A DNA stretch of 61,914 nt, filler included, from Basidiobolus ranarum (lineage: Eukaryota), in assembly GCA_040143965.1 (NCBI GenBank). It is 22 parts of 22 records of this genome, joined end to end, with 100 filler letters (N's around TTAATTAATTAA, not from the genome) between each part and the next. Parts side by side here need not be neighbours in the genome. Positions count along the whole stretch, not along the records: positions 22,605 to 25,324 come from JASJQH010003035.1; positions 25,425 to 28,144 come from JASJQH010003036.1; positions 28,245 to 30,963 come from JASJQH010003037.1; positions 31,064 to 33,781 come from JASJQH010003038.1; positions 33,882 to 36,598 come from JASJQH010003039.1; positions 36,699 to 39,414 come from JASJQH010003040.1; 16 more parts are not named here. One strand, given 5' to 3'. This document shows, piece by piece, positions 23,433-37,760 of the stretch. The notes under the pieces were generated by a model, which worked only from the letters and a program-made list of their open reading frames with translations, searched no databases and had not been told where the DNA came from. A program made the position numbers and the translations under genes. Every line of letters begins with the position of its first letter. Position 1 is the first letter of the stretch.

Positions 23433-25160
23433 ATTTAGACCCAAATTCAGCTACTCCATCTGCAAAATTGGATGATGTACCTCAAGTTCCAAATATAGCA
23501 AAGAAACTACACTCTATAAGCCTAGCAACAGATCATGGACTAAATTTTGAGTCCAGCAAGACTGGATGCACCTTCAGAGATCAGAACCCTACCAAATAGC
23601 TACTGCAAAGGAAACTCAAACTTATGTAAGCTAAAAATCAACTAAATGTGTTCTAAGCATGCAAACATGGCTAAAACCAGGGAAATAAGCGGTCAAACAT
23701 GGCAAAGAAAATTAGGCCACATTGGGGAACAAACATTGACCAAATCAAACAAAATCTGCTTGTTTCAGTCTTTGACAGTGAGAATATCACCAAATTGGAT
23801 ATTGTTGAAAGATTGCTATGATGGTAAACCCCTCTTAGAGCTATTTTCAAATTTGGGGGAGATATAAGCCACTCAGAACTTTGCCCTGACTCATTCTGAC
23901 CTACATGGGCTCACAAAAAATGTCTCACTAGATGGCAAAAATTATTTCATGACCTTTGCTGTTGGCAAAACAAGATATACTTGTGTATCTATCTCAAATC
24001 ATAATCTGAAGCAATAATTGCATTTTAGCATTGCAAAGCAATGGTAGGGAAAATTCAGCACAAAAATTAGGGTATGCAGGAGTAATTATGGTAGAGAATA
24101 CTACTTCAAAGACTTTGCTAGTTTTTGATCTAAACATGGAATTAGGCAACAATCCACTATACCTTATATTGCACAACAAAATGGAGCTTCAGATCATTAT
24201 AATAGGACAATAGTGGAGATGGCAACTACAATGTCACATGATCACAAGAGAGATTACCAATATTTTGCTGAATCTCTCTCCACTGGAGCCTTCTCAAAAA
24301 CAGATGCCCAACCAGAGGGCTACAAATTTCTACTCCATTTGAAATCCTGTATGGGGCAAAGACAGTTGTAGATCATCTCTGTATCTTTGGTTGCACAATA
24401 TATTGCCAAATTCTGGCACAATGTGGTCAAAATTTGGACACAAAGGAATAACCGTAGAAACTAGATATATAGCAAATCATCATCTAGGAGTTATTTAATT
24501 CATATTGCAATTATATAGCACTTAATTTGGCCACTCAAAAAATTTGCATTTATTGCTACAAAGGATAGCAGTATCAATTAGATCACTTTTACCAATTTTT
24601 ACTATTTTCTCAAAAGATCTCCAAATCATCTCAAACTTTCACCCATGCTAAACAAGCATGTTTTCATGATTTAAGCACATCTAATAGTTCTTTTTCATAG
24701 TAACCTTTAAATAGGTCATATTTAAATCAATATTGAAAGTTCAGGATGCAATTAGTTCTAGAAGACAAAGATCTCTGGGGATTCGTTACAGGAGAAGGAA
24801 TAGTGCCAAAAGGGCCAGGAGAAGCTAACCTTGCCTTTTTCAAGAAGCAGAGGTAAACATTCTCTACACTTTTTCCACAACTCAAAGACCCTCAATTGCG
24901 GCACATACACTCAGCCAAAAATGTCTATACACTTGAGATAATACTAGAGGGACTATATGAGACTCTTAGTGTAGAAAATAGGCTATATCAAGGGTAAAAA
25001 TTAATCGCAATTCAGATGAGTTCTGGTAATTCTATGGTTAGTTGTATAATCTGAAAAAACTATTGCAGATCAGCTCTGACCTATCACAGCATCTCTAACT
25101 GAAGATGACTTGTTCATAACCTTACTTGGGAGCCTGCCAGACAAGTTCAGATGCAGCTGG
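23433..25160 (+). mobile_element. Copia protease/integrase remnant (23433-24445), partial LTR-A (24450-24735), gag remnant (24735-25160)
   Basis: AKLDDV..VPNIAKKL.S, WQRKLGH, THSDL.G, QNGAS, MQLVLEDKDLWGFVTG. Confidence 0.85.
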
Positions 25161-25889
25161 ATCTTGTCAGACACTTCCTGAATAGTACTGATTGTGTTTT
25201 CTGCATCAAGAACTGTGAATTGAGATGAAAATTTGCTTATCATCAAAAACAACATCTCTGCACTTAATTAACTTCTGAATTTTGGTATCAAACAGTCTGT
25301 AGGCCTTAGATCCATTGCAGTAATNNNNNNNNNNNNNNNNNNNNNNNNNNNNNNNNNNNNNNNNNNNNTTAATTAATTAANNNNNNNNNNNNNNNNNNNN
25401 NNNNNNNNNNNNNNNNNNNNNNNNAGCATAAATTGCTTTAGTTAGATCACAATTGCCTATGTGTTTATGAAACACTGATAGCGTGAAATTGTCATATATC
25501 AAAAAAATCAATGCTAGCCTATTAATACAAGCAATTTCACTACAATTAAATGAAAAATATCTGTAAATAAAAAGCTTGTGCAGCCATATTGGCTTGATAT
25601 GGCTCAATCTGCTCACATTCTCTCCCAATCAGAGGCCTACTTGATTTAATGAATAATTTGCTGATCTAAGAATGATGAATCAAACAATCCTGATCATTAC
25701 CATCATACTGCAGATCAATCCATCATCAAGTGCTGTGTTTTATCACAGGTGTGCCGAAACTACCGGTGTAGTGGGGCAGCATTGCTACCCACTGGCAGGT
25801 TGACTTATTTCCACTCCAAACACATATCATTACTATTGCACAATTTCTATATTATTATCCTTATTTGACTTACCCATATTTTCTATCCA

Positions 25890-27390
25890 AATGGGTCTAT
25901 AAAGTCAAAAACTAAGCAGATGGACCTGTAGAGAGGCACAAAGCAAGATTGGTTGCAAAAGCTTAATCCTAGATTACAGGAGTTAATTTTAGTGAAACTC
26001 TGGCTCCAGTAGTTAGGTTTAGCTCTGTTAGATTAATCTGGACATTATATGCGGATTACTTGATCATAGCAACAACCAATCTAGAAGTTCCTATTCAGAC
26101 AAAAAGCAGCTTATCAAACCAATTTCTGATGACCAATATGGGTGAATTAAGTTACTTACTTGAAATTCAAATCAAGAGTGACAAACCCCATCCATTAATA
26201 ATGCTGAATCAGTCTAAATACATCCTAGACATCCAAAAATGCTTCAACATGGATAACAGCAAGTCTGCATCAATACCAATGGATCCCAATGTGAAATCAA
26301 TCAAAATTTCATCCAATTTGGCCCAAAATGACTCAAATCAAAGCTGAGAGTTCCCTCATCAATCCGTGGTAGATAGTTTAATGTATAGAATGGTTGGTAT
26401 GCCTCCAAACATTGCTGTGGCTTTGGGAACTGTCAGCCAATTTCTCAAAAATCCAGGATCTGAGTACAAAACTGCAGTAAAACAAATACTCAAGTTTATG
26501 AGAGGGACTATAGATCTAGTTCTGGAATACTCTGCCACTCTTGATGCACAAATTTTGGGGCTATATTGATGCAGACTGGAGAAGAAAACATGATGATCGC
26601 TGATTGACAAGTGGGTACACTTTACTCTATGGTATTGGAGCCATAACTTGGAATTGTAAGAAGCAACCAACCATAGCACCTTCTACTACAGAAGCAGAGT
26701 ATATGGCTGCGTCTGCTACTACACATGAAGCTAAGTCAATAAGGATTTATTTACAGACTCAGGAAACATGCAGAAATGTGCTATTATTGTATTTGAAGAT
26801 AATCAAAGTTGTATTTCATTAGCTCAAAACCCAACATTTCATGTTGGAACAAAACATATATGTATTAGGCATCATTTTGCTGGAGAAGCAACAGAGAGTG
26901 ATATGATTGAACTTCTCTATTACCCTACTGAAGACATGCTTGCTGACAGCTTAACCAAACCATTGGCTGAAGCACAATTTGAATTATTGAGATATAAGTC
27001 AGGGTTAAGAGAAATAAAAAATATTTAGTTGAGTGAGGATGTTGAGATTTGGTAAAAAGCAACTGATGATTTAGTAATTAGCTTATTCATATTCTGATTA
27101 CTTAGCACTCAATTCAGCCATTCAAAAACGTGTGTTTATTGCTCTAATTGATGGAAATATTGATTAAATATTTTTACCAATTTTCACTGTTTTCTCTAAA
27201 CTTCTCCAAATCATTTGAAATTTTCACCCATGCTCAACAGGCATGTTTTTTGTGATCTAAGTATGTCCAACAGTCCTAATTTATAGGAAGCTATAAATAG
27301 GACATATTCAATTCAACAAAATTTAAGTGTCTAATTTACAAATCCTAGTCTTGTCCAAATAACTTCCAAATTTTCAGAACAATTTTATCA
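25890..27390 (+). mobile_element. Copia family A RT (internally deleted), RNase H, PPT and 3' LTR (27040-27390)
   Basis: KARLVAK, MTNMGELSYLL, SLMY.MVG..PNIA.A, STTEAEYMA, EDNQSCI, MLADSLTKPL, then GTTGAGTGAGGA and TGTTGAG...TTATCA. Confidence 0.9.
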
Positions 27391-28144
27391 AAGAGCCCAG
27401 TCAGATTTTAACATGTGCACCAATATTAATTCACCCAATAGTCAGTCTAACGGCAAAAGTGGTATTAGCTTTAAGGCTCAGAATCTATTGCTAATGGGAA
27501 CAGCTGGATTCAGAGCTTTCCATCAGGAACTATGCACTTACTATTCAACAACATTCCATTAATACTTACTCAGCTATATAGTGGAAAATTCAATATTGAT
27601 GAGCCATTGGAGATAGGACCAAAGTTTGAATCAATTGGCAAAATGCTTGAGAAAGTCACAATACCATCCTATTGGACCAGCACTCCCATTGATATCCACT
27701 CATCTGGGAATTTTTCAAATGCAAAGACTGGAGGTATTGGATTTGTGTAATTTCAGTGGAATGCAGAAAAGATTTCTGCCTGATATGTATTGGCAACATT
27801 GGGAGTTGTTTATGGATATTGGTAATATATTCTTATGGCATCAACTCAGATTGGTTGATCTCAGGCAGCTGCTGCAACTATGCAGAGATTTTGTATATGG
27901 ACACAAAAAACTTTATTACAGGTTTGAAGAAGATAGACTGAATCTTGCAAATGTTCATTATATTCCCTGCTGCATCTTTCAAAACTTAGAGTTTATAGGC
28001 CCTTGCTGTACTATCTGGGAGTTCCCAATGAAGCACACCCATGGTGAAATGATGCTCTGTATCATATTGTCAATATTAACATATGCTAATTTGATTAACA
28101 ATGTATCAACAAAATCCATGAAGGATGTAATGCAATGGGTTAAG
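27391..28144 (+). mobile_element. CACTA/En-Spm-type transposase remnant
   Basis: Homologous to 9650-10400. MHLLFNNIP, YWQHWELFMDI, GPCCTIWEFPM. Confidence 0.8.
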
Positions 28145-28244
28145 NNNNNNNNNNNNNNNNNNNNNNNNNNNNNNNNNNNNNNNNNNNNTTAATTAATTAA
28201 NNNNNNNNNNNNNNNNNNNNNNNNNNNNNNNNNNNNNNNNNNNN

Positions 28245-30820
28245 GTGGTCCCTTGGTCGAGTTCCATGGTTCCAATACCATCGAAGGCAAGACTTGGGCT
28301 ATTACTGAAATAGATAATCCATTTGAACAAGTTGGAAGTGATGATGAACGAGTCCTTAACGAGTTAGCTACTCAGCTAGCATATCCACCAAGACGTTTCC
28401 TTGTCTTGACCAATTCTGGTATCAATATGTTTGTTAAGCAGCGCCCTATCGACATCTTAAACCAGCTTTTGACTAGTCCTTCCACACAAGAAACCGATAT
28501 ATTGGCTTTCATTGAAAACTACGGCAGAGCACAAGTTTGTGCTATGTGCTTGGCTATTATTTGTGGACACCCCTCAGTAAACAGCTCTGGTTTCGATAGC
28601 CTGATGAGTTCCCAGATTGGTAAGAATCAGAGTAGCATTTCGAGTGCACAGAAAGTTTTCTTTGAATACGGTGGAAAGCCAATTTTAGTTGATTATCAAT
28701 CAAACATTGTTTCCAGCAATGATGTAGGCAGACCCTTGTTCACCCCCGAGCCTATATACAGTGGCCGTCACGATGGCTTGGCTCTATTCCTAGCTCGCCT
28801 CGTCAACCCCATCTGGAAAAAGCCTTTCATCGTCAAAGTTGGGAATGAGTATGATACTGCAGTCTCTGTTTCAGTATTGTCCTCGATTCAGCAGAACCTT
28901 GCTTCTCTTAGAGAATTCTTAGAAGCAAATCCTCATTTCACCTCCCGACCAGATTCATCACAGTTCATGTTTTCAGATCTACAGACTGGACGTAGAGAGG
29001 CTGAAGCATGGCAAATGGAGCAACAGTCTTTATACACCATGCAGGAGTTATTGACTCAGTGCTTTGAGGCTATTTCGTTTATCTCTCTTTTATTGGATTA
29101 CAGATTGTCCGATATCATTCACAACGTAACTACCTCCACTCAGGATCAACTATTGGAGCTCACTTTTGAGAATTTCTTGATTTCCGTCAAAGGACGCGAA
29201 CTCCGTAGAGATCTGGTCGCTGCTGTAATCGACAAGCAAGCCAACCAACATATTAGCGTAGAGGCAGTTAGTGATCTATTGCAAAAGCGTTGTGGGTCTT
29301 TCTGCACTGTTGACGACGTCACTCTTTTCAAGGCCATCGAGCATTTGAGACATGCCAAGGCCACCAATGAGCCAGAAGAGCGATCTGCTCTGTTGAGGGA
29401 GTCGCTCAGACTTTTCAATAGAGTGGCTAAGCATCTTCCACTTATCAAACTTCAAGAAATTTGTGAAGAATTCAAGCGTCTAAGATTCCATATGGGAGCA
29501 GTTGAACTTGGATTGACATGTGCTAAAGAGCAGGACCCAGCAGGTTACGCAATCTCCTTTTTCCAAGATAACGCCCCCTCATCTGATTTCCGAGTAGAAT
29601 TCTATAAGAAGCGCATCAGATGTTATGAATGTGTTTTCTCCACCTTACTTGCTGCCAATTCTCTCTATCAACAAACCAAGCTTTCAGCTGAGGATTCAGA
29701 AGTAGCTCTCGAAGATAATGAGATATTTAGAAACCAAGTTTTCCACAAAGCTCTCTCATCAGACGATGTTCTATTTCATTTCCAGCTTTACGACTGGTAT
29801 ATTGCCCAAGGACTTGTCCAACAATTATTGGAAGTGCAGACACCATACTTGGAGGACTATCTTCAAAGAGAGCCACTTACACTCGAGAAATTGGATTTAC
29901 TTTGGCAGTATTATGTCAGAGCTGGCCATTATGGGCTTGCGGCCAGAGTTCAGAGTAGATTGGCGGATTCGACCGAGTTTGAATTGACCCTTGCTGGACG
30001 TATTGAATATCTTTCACGTGCAGTGGGAAATGCCAAGAGTTTTGCACCTGGCATTAGCAGAGAGGATGGAATTCAATTCTTGCATGAACTTGAAGAGAAG
30101 TTGGAGGTAGCTCAGGTTCAAATGGACATTTACCATGGGATCAAACGCAGTGGTGCACACCTCGATGCTCTCGCGGAGTTGGATACTAAATTGTTCGATG
30201 TCACCCAGTTGTATAATCAATTCGCATTCCCTCTCAGACTTTACGAGTCGATGCTTCTTATCTTTTATACTTCGAATTACTACGATCAGGAATATATCGG
30301 ACAAATATGGTTAGAAATCATTCAGCAAACACATGACAATGCTCTAGCAGAGGGTCGCGTTCAGCCCAACCAAGCCATGAGCCAGAAGGTCAAAGATATT
30401 GGCAAGAAATATTATCCATCCTCCAACGTATTTCCACTTGCGAAGATTTGTGATCTTCTTGAGAAATACAATCTTCAACACAACGCTGAAGCGGAGCCTG
30501 GGTGGGTGGTTCGTACTCTCCATGACATCGGAGTTCCTTACGGATCTATGCTTGAGATTTTCCACTCAATGTTCGAAACCAAACTTCCACCTTGGCAATC
30601 ACCAAGCTCCATGGAATTTCTACTTGAAGAGATCTACATATTGATGAATGAATGGATCACCTTGGATAAGCAAAGGAACTTCTCGGAAGACAACGAGTCA
30701 CTTCCAGCTAAATTTATCGATGAATCGATTAGTAAATATTTGGTAACCTTAGCCACTACCAACTCCACATTGGTAAACAAATTCCATGAACTTCAAAGAC
30801 GTATTCGTCAACTCTATTAG
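28245..30820 (+). CDS. NUP170: Nucleoporin Nup170/Nup157 (Nup155 family), 5' truncated
   Basis: 855-aa open frame with NELATQ..PPRRFLVLTNSG....KQRPID, YSGRHDGLALFLARL..PIW, LQKRCGSFC, FHFQLYDWY, DLLWQYY, RIEYLSRA, LEEKLEVAQVQ. Frame is open to the contig start; stop TAG at 30818-30820. Confidence 0.95.
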
Positions 30821-31169
30821 ACTTCACTTTCTCATAAGAATCCCTACCTCACATAAAGTCCTTTTTTCAATTCTCTGTTTTCCTAAATCTCCGATCAATT
30901 TCTTTATTATTTTAATCCCCTTTCTTTCTCTAGTGATTTTGGTTTTGTTGTAAATTCGATCAANNNNNNNNNNNNNNNNNNNNNNNNNNNNNNNNNNNNN
31001 NNNNNNNTTAATTAATTAANNNNNNNNNNNNNNNNNNNNNNNNNNNNNNNNNNNNNNNNNNNNGTTTTAATTTAACGATGCAAAAATATTTTTTTAAAAA
31101 CTTTTTTTCGCCCAAGATAAAAAATTTGTCAACGATTTGGGTTTTTAAATTGCCAAAGGTGTGTCGTCC

Positions 31170-32660
31170 AACTCCTATCATGAAAACCTTTGCAATTGGG
31201 ATCTCTTCATAATCCACCAACCACAATATTGCATTTGTGTAATGTTAAGAAGCTGCAGAATTAATATATCAGGTCTGAAAATCCTTGTTGGTAGTCATAA
31301 AAAGAGCAGATATGAACTAGTGATCTTCTAGTTTAACCACATTTCCAGATTTGGCACATTTTTCTTCTTTTGCAATTCTTTTGGTGCAATCTTGGCTTAA
31401 ATGGCTAGTTCTGTTCTGGTAATCACAGAATGGGTCACTTTTCTTCTCAAAGTGCTTTTGACCTTCATAAGATGATTTCCTGGTTCCTCATCACCTATTA
31501 GAGCATTTTCTGCACTCTTTTGGTTAGGTCCCATTTTGCATAAATCTTCATCCAGAAGTCTGCAAATACTTAATGAACTTGTTCTCTGAGCTAGTGCCAG
31601 ATTGTCCTGTTTATACCATATTGGATAAAGCATTGCAAAATTTATGCAGCACAATTTGACATTATCTAGTACCCTCTGGTATGATCAATTTCAATCACAT
31701 TTACTCAAATATATTGATCCAAGGTCCAATAAATCCAGGCACAAAGGAAGAAGCCCAACAAGGCCAAATTTTCAGTTCTTGATTCTAGAGCCATTACTAG
31801 GCTCTGAAACTTGTGTGGCATGCTACTCAGAACTGTAACAATGATATCTTGTTTAGTGGTAGGAGCTCCAATGCATTCCATTTCTTCCAATGAAATAGTG
31901 ACTCTATTAATCAGTCATTCAGTTTCTTCTGCTGGCTTCATCTTGAAGTTAAGGGATTGTGTTCCTAGAAACATTGTGTTGGCAGCAGAACTTGTTTCAT
32001 AGGTGTCTTCTAAGGCTTTCCATATCTTCTTGGCAGTTTTGGCTCTTGAACATTGAAATAGCAATTTGTCTTCAACATTAAGACAAATTGTGTTACAGTC
32101 ACTTTGTTCTTTTTTAACCTGGATTAAAACTTTGGTTTCAGATAGTTTTGCATTGTTTTCTTCTCCTACAACAGTGCCTCAAAGTACTGTTTCTTGCAGC
32201 ATCATTTTCATCCAACTTGATAATTGGTTCCATGCAATTTTCAAAAGAGGGAAAAGTTTCAGAAGTTTGGGAAGTAAACATTATAGAGAGTGCAAGCTTG
32301 GGGCTCCTAACATGGTAAAGTGCTTTGGAGTCTGTGAGGAATGGTTTGGAAAATTGGAGAAATTGGTGGTTTTCACTTATTGATTTATTGAGTAGAACAT
32401 TGACATTTGTGGTTTTGTCAAAATGTAAGCACAATAACATGTAAAATGTGTTATGGAAGGTCCCAGGAACATATGTGCAGAGTTTGGGGCTTCTAACACA
32501 AGTTTGAAAAATCTATATATCTGAGAGCTTCAAAGTTGGTAAAATATTTCTAGAAAATTCCAATTGAGAAGAGAAGATAATATCTTAATCAATTGTAAGA
32601 TAACTGAGTACTAAGCTATACATGACTATATAGGTGCTTAGGCAATGCTGATTTTGAAAA
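31170..32660 (-). mobile_element. Copia family B 5' end: LTR (32313-32660), PBS, gag and start of protease, decayed
   Basis: LTR-B is followed by a GTTAGGAGCCCCAAGCT PBS variant, then ENFSPFENCMEP / AKKIWKALEDTYET / IGAPTTKQDIIVTVLSSMP. Confidence 0.85.
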
Positions 32661-32699
32661 TAATAATTATATAATAATAATATATATATAATGATAAAA

Positions 32700-33781
32700 T
32701 AAATGGGGGACAAAAAAAAAGAAGAAAGATGGAAGAGGAGATACAAGCCCACACCAGATAGTACATTATTAGTTAATGCTTGATGGCTTTATGAACAGCA
32801 TGGTTGGAACATGGCCATGTTTGGCTTAACCAGTGGTGGCTATGCCAATACCTTCAAGATTGGATCAAATTATTGTAGTCAAGTGTTGTTTCATATATTT
32901 GAAAATCATCAAGATTATGTGCTTAAAATACAATTAGTCTGCATGATACTTTCATCTGAAGGAATATTTGGATGCAAATTGGGATATTCTTTTGATGACA
33001 GGATATCTTCAATAACATGCTTATTCCTTTGCTATCATGGTGCAATTTCCTGAAATTCAAAGAAATAACCTACCAAAGCATTTTAAGCAACAGAAAAAGA
33101 ATACACATCTACTTGCAAAGTAACAAAAGAAGTAATGTGAATAAAAAGACTCATAAGAGTTTTGATCACTTTTGAAATTTCATCAACTACAATAATTCAA
33201 GATAATCAAAATTTAATCAAGTCAGTCAGAAACTCCTGTTTCATACTAGTTGCAAACATATAGATGTTGAACATCATTTTATTAGGTAAACAATAGAGTC
33301 AAGCTTGTTCACACATCTTATATATCTGCCAAAAAGATGATTGCTGATATATAAAACCAAAATTAGCTAGGCAGGAATTGGTGGACTATAAATCTTCCTT
33401 AGGATAAAATTCAATAGCTCTTTAGTTGAGGGAGAATGTAACAATTAGCATTGCCTAAATGCCTATATATTCACATATAGTTTAGTAGTTAGTTACCCTT
33501 GGTTGAATTATGGTAAAACCCTTTATTCTCAATTGGAACTCAATAAGAATAGCTTACTAACCTTGAAGTGCACAGATATGTAGTGTTTTCAAACTTGAGT
33601 TAGAAGCACCACACTTTGGATATATGTACCTGGGACCTTCCTAAGCATATTATATATGCCAGTTTGTTTACAGCCCAATAAATATACAAATGCTAACTTT
33701 CTACCCTAAAAATTAAGAAGTGGCAACCATAAATTTCTCAAATTCTTCAGATCACATCCAGCAGGCACCTAAAATACTTTG
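32700..33781 (+). mobile_element. Old Copia RT/RNase H remnant, PPT and diverged 3' LTR-B (from about 33437)
   Basis: GYSFD, ISWNSK, IIQDNQ, KHIDV.HHFIR, MIADI, then GTTGAGGGAGAA and TGTAACAATTAGCATTGCC. Confidence 0.75.
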
Positions 33782-36151
33782 NNNNNNNNNNNNNNNNNNN
33801 NNNNNNNNNNNNNNNNNNNNNNNNNTTAATTAATTAANNNNNNNNNNNNNNNNNNNNNNNNNNNNNNNNNNNNNNNNNNNNCAGATGCAAATGTAATATA
33901 TAAGTATAATCGGCCAACATGCATTCCAGCAAGGGGTAAAACCTGGTAATCGCAAATGGGCTTCGTCACAGGTCACTCTTCATGGTCATGCCAATCTTGA
34001 CGAAGTGACTTTGGCGCGGTACTGCGTGATTTCAATCTCACCATTGAATGGTTTACTGCCGCAGACAATGTCGTACAATAGGAGTCTCTTATGAAACGCT
34101 TTGATATGGCACCATCTATTCCTCTCAGGGGGCCTTTTGCTGTACATACAGATCTAGTTCCATGGCTGCTTTACTGTTTCTAAGGCCAAGTCTATTAGAT
34201 ATCAGCCAGCACCCCTGAAATTAGTTGCGTTGTGCCTGTAAAGGACTCTGTGTTTTACTATATCCTGAATATTTGTCAGACGATAGTCTTCAAGTTTCTT
34301 GCTTACCTATCTCTCACTCGAGATTGTTGATATGCCAGTTCAGCTGTTCAGTCTAGAGGAACGATCGAAGTCTCTGTCCTCAGGCTAAACGCCTAGAATT
34401 TTGCCATGAAGCTGATGCAGTGCAATTTATTGGTGTTATTAAGAATACCAGTTTAGCCCGGCTCTGGTAGAACCAAATATTGGTAGCGAACATTCGATCG
34501 ATATCAGATATGTATATAATGTAAATTTCGATCAGACCTGAACAAGTTGGTGATGAGAATTGCCTTAGTGATATCCAGGTTTATTACGTATCTGAAAAGC
34601 AAAGCATGAGCTTCCCCATTAAGATCTAGTGGTTTGTGATCAAAGCTAAGGGTGGTTACCATTGGTTGCTGTATTTTTGTTTCAGTCATAGAATCGAGTA
34701 ATTAGTAGGATCGTAGGCTGATCGCCTGCGGGACACCTTATGGAGCACCTGAGAAATATAAGGAAGCCTCTCCATCAATTCGAGTCTGGGCTTCGTGTAT
34801 TATCAATTATACACACCTCACTTTTGGGATACAAAGAAACAAGTTCGACAGCCATGTCTTTGCTCGCAATATCTGTTTACAAATCAAAATCAGTGGTAAC
34901 TAAGCGTACCGATTTCTTTTAATGATGCCGCAGGAACCTATTGAATCATCTAGTAATGGCTAAAAATTGAGGTTCGCCCAAATAATTACCGGTACTATAT
35001 GCGCAGTTCTCCCACTCCTTCCCATTCTCTACACCACCATGTCATCTCCTTGATACCTTCTGGTTTTAACCCCTTTTATCAGCATCATAATGATTGCCTG
35101 GCGCTTATCGGTCTTGGTTTTAGCACAACCTCAGCCATCCATTGAAGTATACCCAAAAGTCTCATTTGTGTAACAAGGATTGTCACTGTTTGTGGCCATT
35201 ACTCATTATTGGTGAGTATTTTTTTACGGTGACTGATGTGAAGGGCTTAGCTTTTTTGTTCTTGTGAAGTACGTATTCAGAGTTACCCACTTTATGTACA
35301 GCGGAGCTGCTATTTCAACATATTATAAGGCCATTCAGCGAGTTCTTTACAATACTTCATAGTTATACATGCCAGGTATCGTAGGTGTTAAGAGTATCTT
35401 TACAGTTTATTAAGCAATTCTCACGAAGTTGCTTTTAGCGACTATTTTAGAATACTCACTGCACTATTTCTATTTTGTGCGATCATCTTGTTACCGATGT
35501 ATTACTCCTGTAGTACCATTTGGGTACAAAGTGGCATCCCAAGCTATTTGAGTAATCATATAACCGTTTTAGATTACATATTGATTTGTGAACAGTCAAA
35601 GTGTTTTTAAGTAACTAGTAATGTCACTTAACTTCGCTGAAAAAGGGGTTCAGTAGCTTCTTGTCTAAGGGCCAGATTGTTCGGAAATTCTGGTAAACAG
35701 AATACATTCAAACTATAGCGACATACTTGGTGTAAGAGAGAGGCAAAAGTTGGTGTTGTTCATTGAACTTGAGTATATTCAACCGAATCTATGATCGTTT
35801 TGTATTTAAACAATATTTCTTACTTTCAGAGCGGTTGCACTTACCACTGCTCTAAATAAAACATTATCTGGGCTCTTTTTGGATATACTGTTAAAACAGA
35901 TTGATCACCTTCATTGATTCAAGTTCAGTCTCTGATTAGATTTAGAGGAAGGCGTTTGTAGGTGTAGAAATGAGCAAACCTGATGGATTGTGTAGGCAAT
36001 CTCAATAGGAGGCCAGTATGTATAATCCATTTTTGACTACAATGGTGAAGGTAGAAAAAACACAGAAGCATTTAATCTTTGGGGGAAACTGATGATGCAA
36101 TATATGCCAGCCCATGTTGAGTGATAAGAATAGTAGTGTGTATGTTAAAGC

Positions 36152-36598
36152 TGTTGAAGTATTTGAGAGCCTGTTGGAAGTGGTTTGGAGAATTAGAGAA
36201 AATGGTGGTTTTCACTTGTTGATTCATTGAGTAGAAAGTTGACATTTATAGTTTTGTCAAGATGTAAACAAACTAACGTGTAGAATTTGTTAAGGAAGGT
36301 CTCAGGAACATATGTGCAAAGTTTGGGCTTCTAGCACAAGTTTGAAAAATCTATATATCTGAGAAATTGAAAGTTGGTAAAAATATTCTAAGTAAATTCC
36401 AGTGGAGAATAATGGATAATATCTTAGTGAAATGTAACATAATTAAGTACTAAGCTATATATGACTATATAGGTGTTTCAACAATACTAATTGTTGGATA
36501 ATTAATCTTTATTCAACATCATAGTTAACTTTAGTTATGATACATATATCAGAAACAGAAAGCAACGTATCTATAGCCCCTATATTCTAAATAGGAAT
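36152..36598. mobile_element. LTR-B (36152-36491, -) cut by LTR-C (36492-36598, +)
   Basis: Direct homology to 52682-53029 and 18587-18693. Confidence 0.8.
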
Positions 36599-36698
36599 NN
36601 NNNNNNNNNNNNNNNNNNNNNNNNNNNNNNNNNNNNNNNNNNTTAATTAATTAANNNNNNNNNNNNNNNNNNNNNNNNNNNNNNNNNNNNNNNNNNNN

Positions 36699-37760
36699 TA
36701 CAAGTTAGGTTTAAGAGAAATACAAAATAATTAGTTGAGTGGAATGTTGAAATTAGGTAAATAGCAACTCATTGTATTGTAGTTAGTTTATTCATATTCT
36801 GAATATTAAGCACTCAATTCTGTCATTCATAAACATATGGTTATTGCTCTAATAGATAGAAATATCAATTAAATCACTTTTACCAATTTTCACTATTTTC
36901 TCAAAACTTCTTCAAATCACCTCAAATTTTCACCCATGCTTAAAAGGCATGTTTGTTACAATCTAAGCACAAGCAATGGTCCTATTTTATAGTAAACTAT
37001 AAATAGGACATATTCAATTCATTAAAACTTAAGTGTCTAATTTACAAATTCAAATCTTGTCCAAAACACTTCCAAATCCCCTAAACACTATTATCATTCC
37101 TTTGGCTCTATGTTGTCTCCTGTAACAAATCCCCAAGGGTCATTGTCTTCTAGCTCCATTTGCATCTTGAACTTCCAAAGGTGAAATTCTTCACCATCAA
37201 ACTTCTCTGTGGATGCAAAAACTTTGGTAATAGTACTGGTAGACATTCCTTTAACAGCCAGCTTGGGGCTCATAACCCAATAAAAGTGTTAAGGGGATTT
37301 TGAAGTGTATTGGACAAGATTTAAATTTGAGAATTAGACACTTGTGTTTTATTGAATTGAATATGTCCTATTTAGAGTTTACTATGAAGTAGGACTATTT
37401 GACCAGCTTAGATCATAATAAACATGCCTGTTAAGCATGGGTGAATATTTGAGGTGATTTGGAGAAGATTTGAGAAAATAGTGTATTGGTAAAAGTGATC
37501 TAATTGACATTTCTATCAATTAGAGCAATAAACACATGTTTTTGAATGGCAGAATTGAGTGCTAAATAATCAGAGTATGAATAAACCAACTACTGAACAA
37601 TGAGTTGCTATTCACTTATTTTCTACACTAAGCATGTCCAATAGTACTACTTCATAGTGAGCTATAATAGGATGTATTCAAATCAATAAAACTTAAGTGG
37701 CCAATTCACAAATCCAAATCTTGTCTAAAACACTTCCAAATTCCATAAGCACTTTTGTCA
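36699..37760. mobile_element. Family A LTR cluster: 3' LTR (36745-37096, +), gag start plus PBS (37097-37277, -), 5' LTR (37278-37627, -), partial LTR (37628-37760, +)
   Basis: PPT GTTGAGTGGAA precedes 36745. The reverse strand reads GGTTATGAGCCCCAAGCT and MSPKLAVKGMSTSTITKVFASTEKFDGEEFHLWKFKM. Confidence 0.85.

Noticed and set aside
29146-30644. Several overlapping or antisense ORFs within NUP170
   Set aside because: Alternative-frame shadows of a long real CDS.
33882-34500. CpG-containing stretch with a kinase-like LLYDIVCGSKPF on the minus strand and patchy plus-strand coding look
   Set aside because: No other kinase subdomains nearby and frequent stops. Cannot be assigned without a translated search.
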